Source: a virus (lineage: Duplodnaviria; Caudoviricetes). Taken from it: a stretch of 64,000 bases of DNA. Within the stretch, counting starts at the first letter, position 1; the number at the start of each line of letters is the position of its first letter. The stretch lies in IMG/VR virus record IMGVR_UViG_3300015607_004160. One strand, given 5' to 3'. Both the position numbers and the translations under genes were made by a program. Positions 60,464 through 64,000 of this stretch are shown piece after piece. Under the pieces are notes generated by a model, which was not told the origin of the DNA, ran no database searches, and saw nothing but the letters and a program-made list of their open reading frames with translations.

Positions 60464-61551
60464 AATATTTAAAACTATTTGAAAATTTTAATGCATTTAA
60501 TCCAGAAGATATATCAGATTTATTCTTAGAAATAGCGGATAAATTCGATATACCTGAAATGACTTCCGAGGAAATCATGAATAAGACAATTGATGAGTCG
60601 ATTGATAAATATTATAATATTTTCAAAAATATACATGGTGATTATGTCATTGATGTTAAATGCGGGATAGATAATGTTTCTAGCTTTTTAAAAGAATTAG
60701 AAAAATTTAAACTAAGATTAGAAAAATTTGACATGTATATTATAATTCATGATTATCCGAATGCTCCTGATAATTTTAAAGTCGGAATATCAAATAATCC
60801 AGAATCAAAAACCATTAAAGAAGCATTGTTAACCTACAATTTAGAAAATCTATTTAAACAAGTAGAATTATATAAAGTCGCTGATGGTATTTATTGTGTT
60901 GTTATTGAATCACAACAACTAAGAGCATTTACATTCTTAAGATTACAAGAATATTATGAATCATCATCGAGTGAGTTTCAAGGAAATAGATTTACATGGG
61001 ATAGATACATTCAATGGTATAAAAGCTCTGAAGGTCCAACTGGTGAAAAAGATGTTTTCACTTATGGAAGTGATTGGAGTGGATTTAATATACCTTCAGA
61101 ATCTATTGAGAAATGTATGGAAGAAGTTGATGATCCAAATAGATATGATGATCTAATGGTATCTATTATCACTGAGATTAAAGAAAGAGAAAGTGATAAA
61201 TATTACATAATTGGTGTAGATGAACTAGATGTTAATAGTGATTTATTAGACCATGAATTAGCACATGGATTTTATTATACAGATAAAGAATATAGAACAA
61301 AGATGAATAATTTAGTCAATTCATTACCAAAGGAAGAGAAAAAAGCAATCTCTGATGTAATTATTGGGATTGGGTATAATGAATCGGTTTTAAATGATGA
61401 GATACAAGCTTATATGTCAACTGGTATAATTGATAGAATGCCTAAGTCACTAAGTAATTATACAGAGAAATTTGAGAAGGTATTTAAGGAAGCTAAACAA
61501 AAACATCACGCAACACCTCAAAAAATTGAACTCACTTATCTAAATGATTAA
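60460..61551 (+). CDS. Tagged module-B protein fused to an HExxH metallopeptidase-like domain
   Basis: MKYLKLFENF; DLFLEIADKF; IKEA junction; LDHELAHG...DEIQAY. Confidence 0.65.
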   Translation: MKYLKLFENFNAFNPEDISDLFLEIADKFDIPEMTSEEIMNKTIDESIDKYYNIFKNIHGDYVIDVKCGIDNVSSFLKELEKFKLRLEKFDMYIIIHDYPNAPDNFKVGISNNPESKTIKEALLTYNLENLFKQVELYKVADGIYCVVIESQQLRAFTFLRLQEYYESSSSEFQGNRFTWDRYIQWYKSSEGPTGEKDVFTYGSDWSGFNIPSESIEKCMEEVDDPNRYDDLMVSIITEIKERESDKYYIIGVDELDVNSDLLDHELAHGFYYTDKEYRTKMNNLVNSLPKEEKKAISDVIIGIGYNESVLNDEIQAYMSTGIIDRMPKSLSNYTEKFEKVFKEAKQKHHATPQKIELTYLND

Positions 61552-62080
61552 AACATTTTTACAATATAATGAGGCAATTTCAGAAAATTTATCCCTATCT
61601 GATTTTTTATACTTGCATTTAGATAATGTTGAAGTATCTATTGGATACATGCATAAACGTGTATCAATTGACAAAATTAAAGATGAATTTGGTGTGCAAA
61701 ATTTTGTAGATGACTATATATCACTTGCTAAGAAAAACAATCAATGGGCTGGTGGTCCACTAAATAGAGAATGGGCTAATAAATATTATAAATTTTTTGG
61801 TATGGATTTTCCACATACAGAATGGAAGCCGACAATAGGTATCCACTTAGTTTTTAATGACGGATCGATATTTATTATTGGATTCAGTATGATAAGTAAA
61901 AATATTTCAGATATGAATTGGGCATTATCTCCGGACGGATCGGTTGGAGCCGAATTCTATAAAAGGGATAGAGATAATACAAATTGGGCAGATTTTTCAT
62001 ATGATGTGTATTATGATATAATACATCGAATAATACCTGGTTATGCTTTTAACTGGGAGATAGATCCTACATACAACTAA
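61544..62080 (+). CDS. Tagged hypothetical protein
   Basis: MIKTFLQYNEA. Confidence 0.65.
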   Translation: MIKTFLQYNEAISENLSLSDFLYLHLDNVEVSIGYMHKRVSIDKIKDEFGVQNFVDDYISLAKKNNQWAGGPLNREWANKYYKFFGMDFPHTEWKPTIGIHLVFNDGSIFIIGFSMISKNISDMNWALSPDGSVGAEFYKRDRDNTNWADFSYDVYYDIIHRIIPGYAFNWEIDPTYN

Positions 62081-62081
62081 T

Positions 62082-62624
62082 ATGAAATACTTAAAATTAT
62101 TTGAAGAACATTCTAAATTATATACACAGATAGATTATAATGAATTTAAGGAAAGGTATAAAAGTTTACAGGACTTCTCAAAGAAGTATGCCAATAGAAT
62201 ATCAGAAATATTTAATGATTATAAAAATACAGATTTTATAGAGGATTATAATAAAACAAAATACATAAATGTAGTCATAGATAAATATGGTAAAATATTA
62301 AATTATGATGATTTAAATGACGGAGATTATGATAATTCTGAAATATTTGACATGGTTATTTTAAAATATAGAAAAAAAGGAATTATAGATAACAAATATG
62401 TATTCTTTGATGTAGATATGAATATTACCCAAAATGAGGATGGATGGTTTTATGTTAAATATAGTTACTATATACCGGATAGGACTACACCAATAACATT
62501 TTACAAATGTGATCAAATTGATGGACTACTCAACTTTATTTGTGATATTATTGAAAGGGGAACAAATCTAAATATTAGAATGCCTGGAATGCCACATGGT
62601 GCTGAAGGATACTATTATAATTAA
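62082..62624 (+). CDS. Tagged module-A protein
   Basis: MKYLKLFEEH; EDGWFYV...FYKCDQIDGL. Confidence 0.7.
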   Translation: MKYLKLFEEHSKLYTQIDYNEFKERYKSLQDFSKKYANRISEIFNDYKNTDFIEDYNKTKYINVVIDKYGKILNYDDLNDGDYDNSEIFDMVILKYRKKGIIDNKYVFFDVDMNITQNEDGWFYVKYSYYIPDRTTPITFYKCDQIDGLLNFICDIIERGTNLNIRMPGMPHGAEGYYYN

Positions 62625-63749
62625 TTATTTTTGATATCCCTCATCATAAATTTTAATTATCTCATTATATTCTTGAACAATACCATTTTTAATCTTTTCA
62701 TTTTCATAAGATTGTGCTAAAATATATTCTCTAATAACTTCTTTGTATTCAAGTTGTATTTTAGGAACATCTTCACCGTCTAAGTTTTCATTAATAATAC
62801 TTTGTTTAATATCTTCATCGGTTTCAGCATCTGTTGTATTAATATCATCAACATATTCAACAGAAGCAAAATTTCCTGTTTCTAAAAGGATTTCTAATTT
62901 TCTTCTTAATTTACGATTACTAACTAAAAGTGAATTTGATATGTATAAGTCAATATAATCTTTTGTAGATACCTTATCTAAAGAGTCTATATCACCCTCA
63001 TTCATAACATAAACCTTCTTGAATTTAGGTGAAATTAGGTTTGGTATGAATGTTTCGGTTCCTTCTATAACATCTAAAATAAATATACCTTTTTGGTTCT
63101 CTCTATCATTTCTATCCATTTCATGAATGGACCCAACAAAAGTGAAATTTTTATTTACTTGGTGAATGTGTATGTGTCCGCTATAAACCTTCTTATATTT
63201 TTTGAATTCTTCTACATCTATTTTATCGGTATTTTTTTGTGCTACTGACGTTAAGTGCATTTTAGCACCATTTAAGTCCGAATGGCAAAATAAATAATCG
63301 GCACTTTTAAATTTCTTCAACAATTCAATTTGATCGTTTCTTTTTTCCACCCAAGGAAGCATTAATATAGATTTGCCTAAATAATCTATTTTAATTGCTT
63401 CTTCATATACAAATACATTTGGTATATACTTATATAATTTAACTGTATTTACATCATTAGAGCTCTTGGTATATAAGTCGTGGTTTCCAATTATAAGATG
63501 TGTTGGACATATACTAGATAACTCCTCTAGTATATATTGTGCATAGTTTAAAATATTAATAGGGACAATGTTTCTATTATCAAAGAGGTCTCCTAATAGA
63601 ACGATAATATCGTCTTTTGTTAATTCTTTTTTAGCAAGTGGTAATAAAAATTCTTGAAAGTATTCTTGTGCGACTTTAAACCACTTATCAACTGAGTTTG
63701 GATATCCCAATCCAAGGTGAATATCCCCTAATACTAATATTTTAGACAT
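62625..63749 (-). CDS. T4 gp47/Mre11/SbcD-like recombination nuclease subunit
   Basis: GDIHLG, LGDLFDNR, IGNHD, SGHIH metallophosphoesterase motifs. Confidence 0.9.
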   Translation of the reverse strand: MSKILVLGDIHLGLGYPNSVDKWFKVAQEYFQEFLLPLAKKELTKDDIIVLLGDLFDNRNIVPINILNYAQYILEELSSICPTHLIIGNHDLYTKSSNDVNTVKLYKYIPNVFVYEEAIKIDYLGKSILMLPWVEKRNDQIELLKKFKSADYLFCHSDLNGAKMHLTSVAQKNTDKIDVEEFKKYKKVYSGHIHIHQVNKNFTFVGSIHEMDRNDRENQKGIFILDVIEGTETFIPNLISPKFKKVYVMNEGDIDSLDKVSTKDYIDLYISNSLLVSNRKLRRKLEILLETGNFASVEYVDDINTTDAETDEDIKQSIINENLDGEDVPKIQLEYKEVIREYILAQSYENEKIKNGIVQEYNEIIKIYDEGYQK

Positions 63750-63814
63750 TTAACATAACTAATATTTTTCTTTATAGAGAAAAAAATGATTATGGTTTAT
63801 TTAATATATAATTA

Positions 63815-64000
63815 ATGAAGCATATAAATAAATTTAATGAGAGATACTCTGGAAAAGAAACCGGATGTGAATACAAAAATGATTTTATCAAAGCTTTGGA
63901 AACATTATTTTATAGCTGGGGAAGTGAAGCACCGCCAGAAGCATACTGGGCAGCTAATGAATTATTAGACTGGTTTGAAAAAGAATTCGATAGTAAAATT
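63815..64000 (+). CDS. Tagged hypothetical protein (partial, runs off window end)
   Basis: TAATATATA at 63802-63810, then MKHINKFNERYSGKETG... Confidence 0.6.
   Translation, partial: MKHINKFNERYSGKETGCEYKNDFIKALETLFYSWGSEAPPEAYWAANELLDWFEKEFDSKI

Noticed and set aside
558-62958. Many short antisense or nested ORFs in the track (e.g. 558, 989, 3206, 11876, 25002-25721, 33398, 34472, 41395)
   Set aside because: They are shadows of longer genes with recognisable motifs, and their composition mirrors the opposite strand.
1-64000. Stop-codon reassignment as in some large phages
   Set aside because: Known proteins (DnaK, Nampt, methyltransferase, gp47-like) translate full length in the standard code and coding density is high.
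1-64000. Bacterial chromosome or eukaryotic giant virus origin
   Set aside because: Housekeeping-like genes are isolated among orphans, T4-like tail and recombination genes, phage lysozyme and homing endonucleases; there are no bacterial operons or NCLDV core genes.
1-64000. tRNA, rRNA or structured ncRNA genes
   Set aside because: Intergenic gaps are short and A/T-rich; no cloverleaf or T-loop signature was recognised by eye. A covariance-model search would be needed to exclude them.

Overview
Very AT-rich, gene-dense window read in the standard code, most consistent with part of a jumbo, T4-like (myo-type) dsDNA phage. The host is probably a Bacteroidota: TAnnTTTG promoter elements are present and leaders are A/T-rich without Shine-Dalgarno motifs. 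Recognisable genes: RlaP-like nucleotidyltransferase, NAD salvage pair (Nampt + NadM-Nudix), two RNA ligases, 5'(3')-nucleotidase, GH24 lysozyme, DnaK, glycosyltransferases, a virion block (gp26/gp51-like pair, collagen fibre, tandem PL9 beta-helix protein, tape-measure-like protein, 2155-aa structural protein), an intein-containing AAA ATPase, several homing endonucleases, a four-gene split restriction-modification-like cassette and a gp47/Mre11-like nuclease. The most striking unexplained pattern is about 29 otherwise dissimilar ORFs that start with the same peptide, M-[KR]-x-[IL]-K-x-[FY]-x(0,3)-E. It resembles the T4 capsid-targeting sequence and is grafted onto enzymes, host-like proteins and shuffled modules joined at [ILFV]-x-E sites, suggesting a large tagged and protease-processed capsid-cargo system. 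Other oddities are a 247-aa minimal family B polymerase, an ACP-like protein lacking the attachment serine, a second C-terminal tag (R-[DE]-x-K-[IL]-x-x-[IL]-[IL]) and a recurrent TAATATATA motif just upstream of starts. All calls come from reading motifs by eye; no searches were run.
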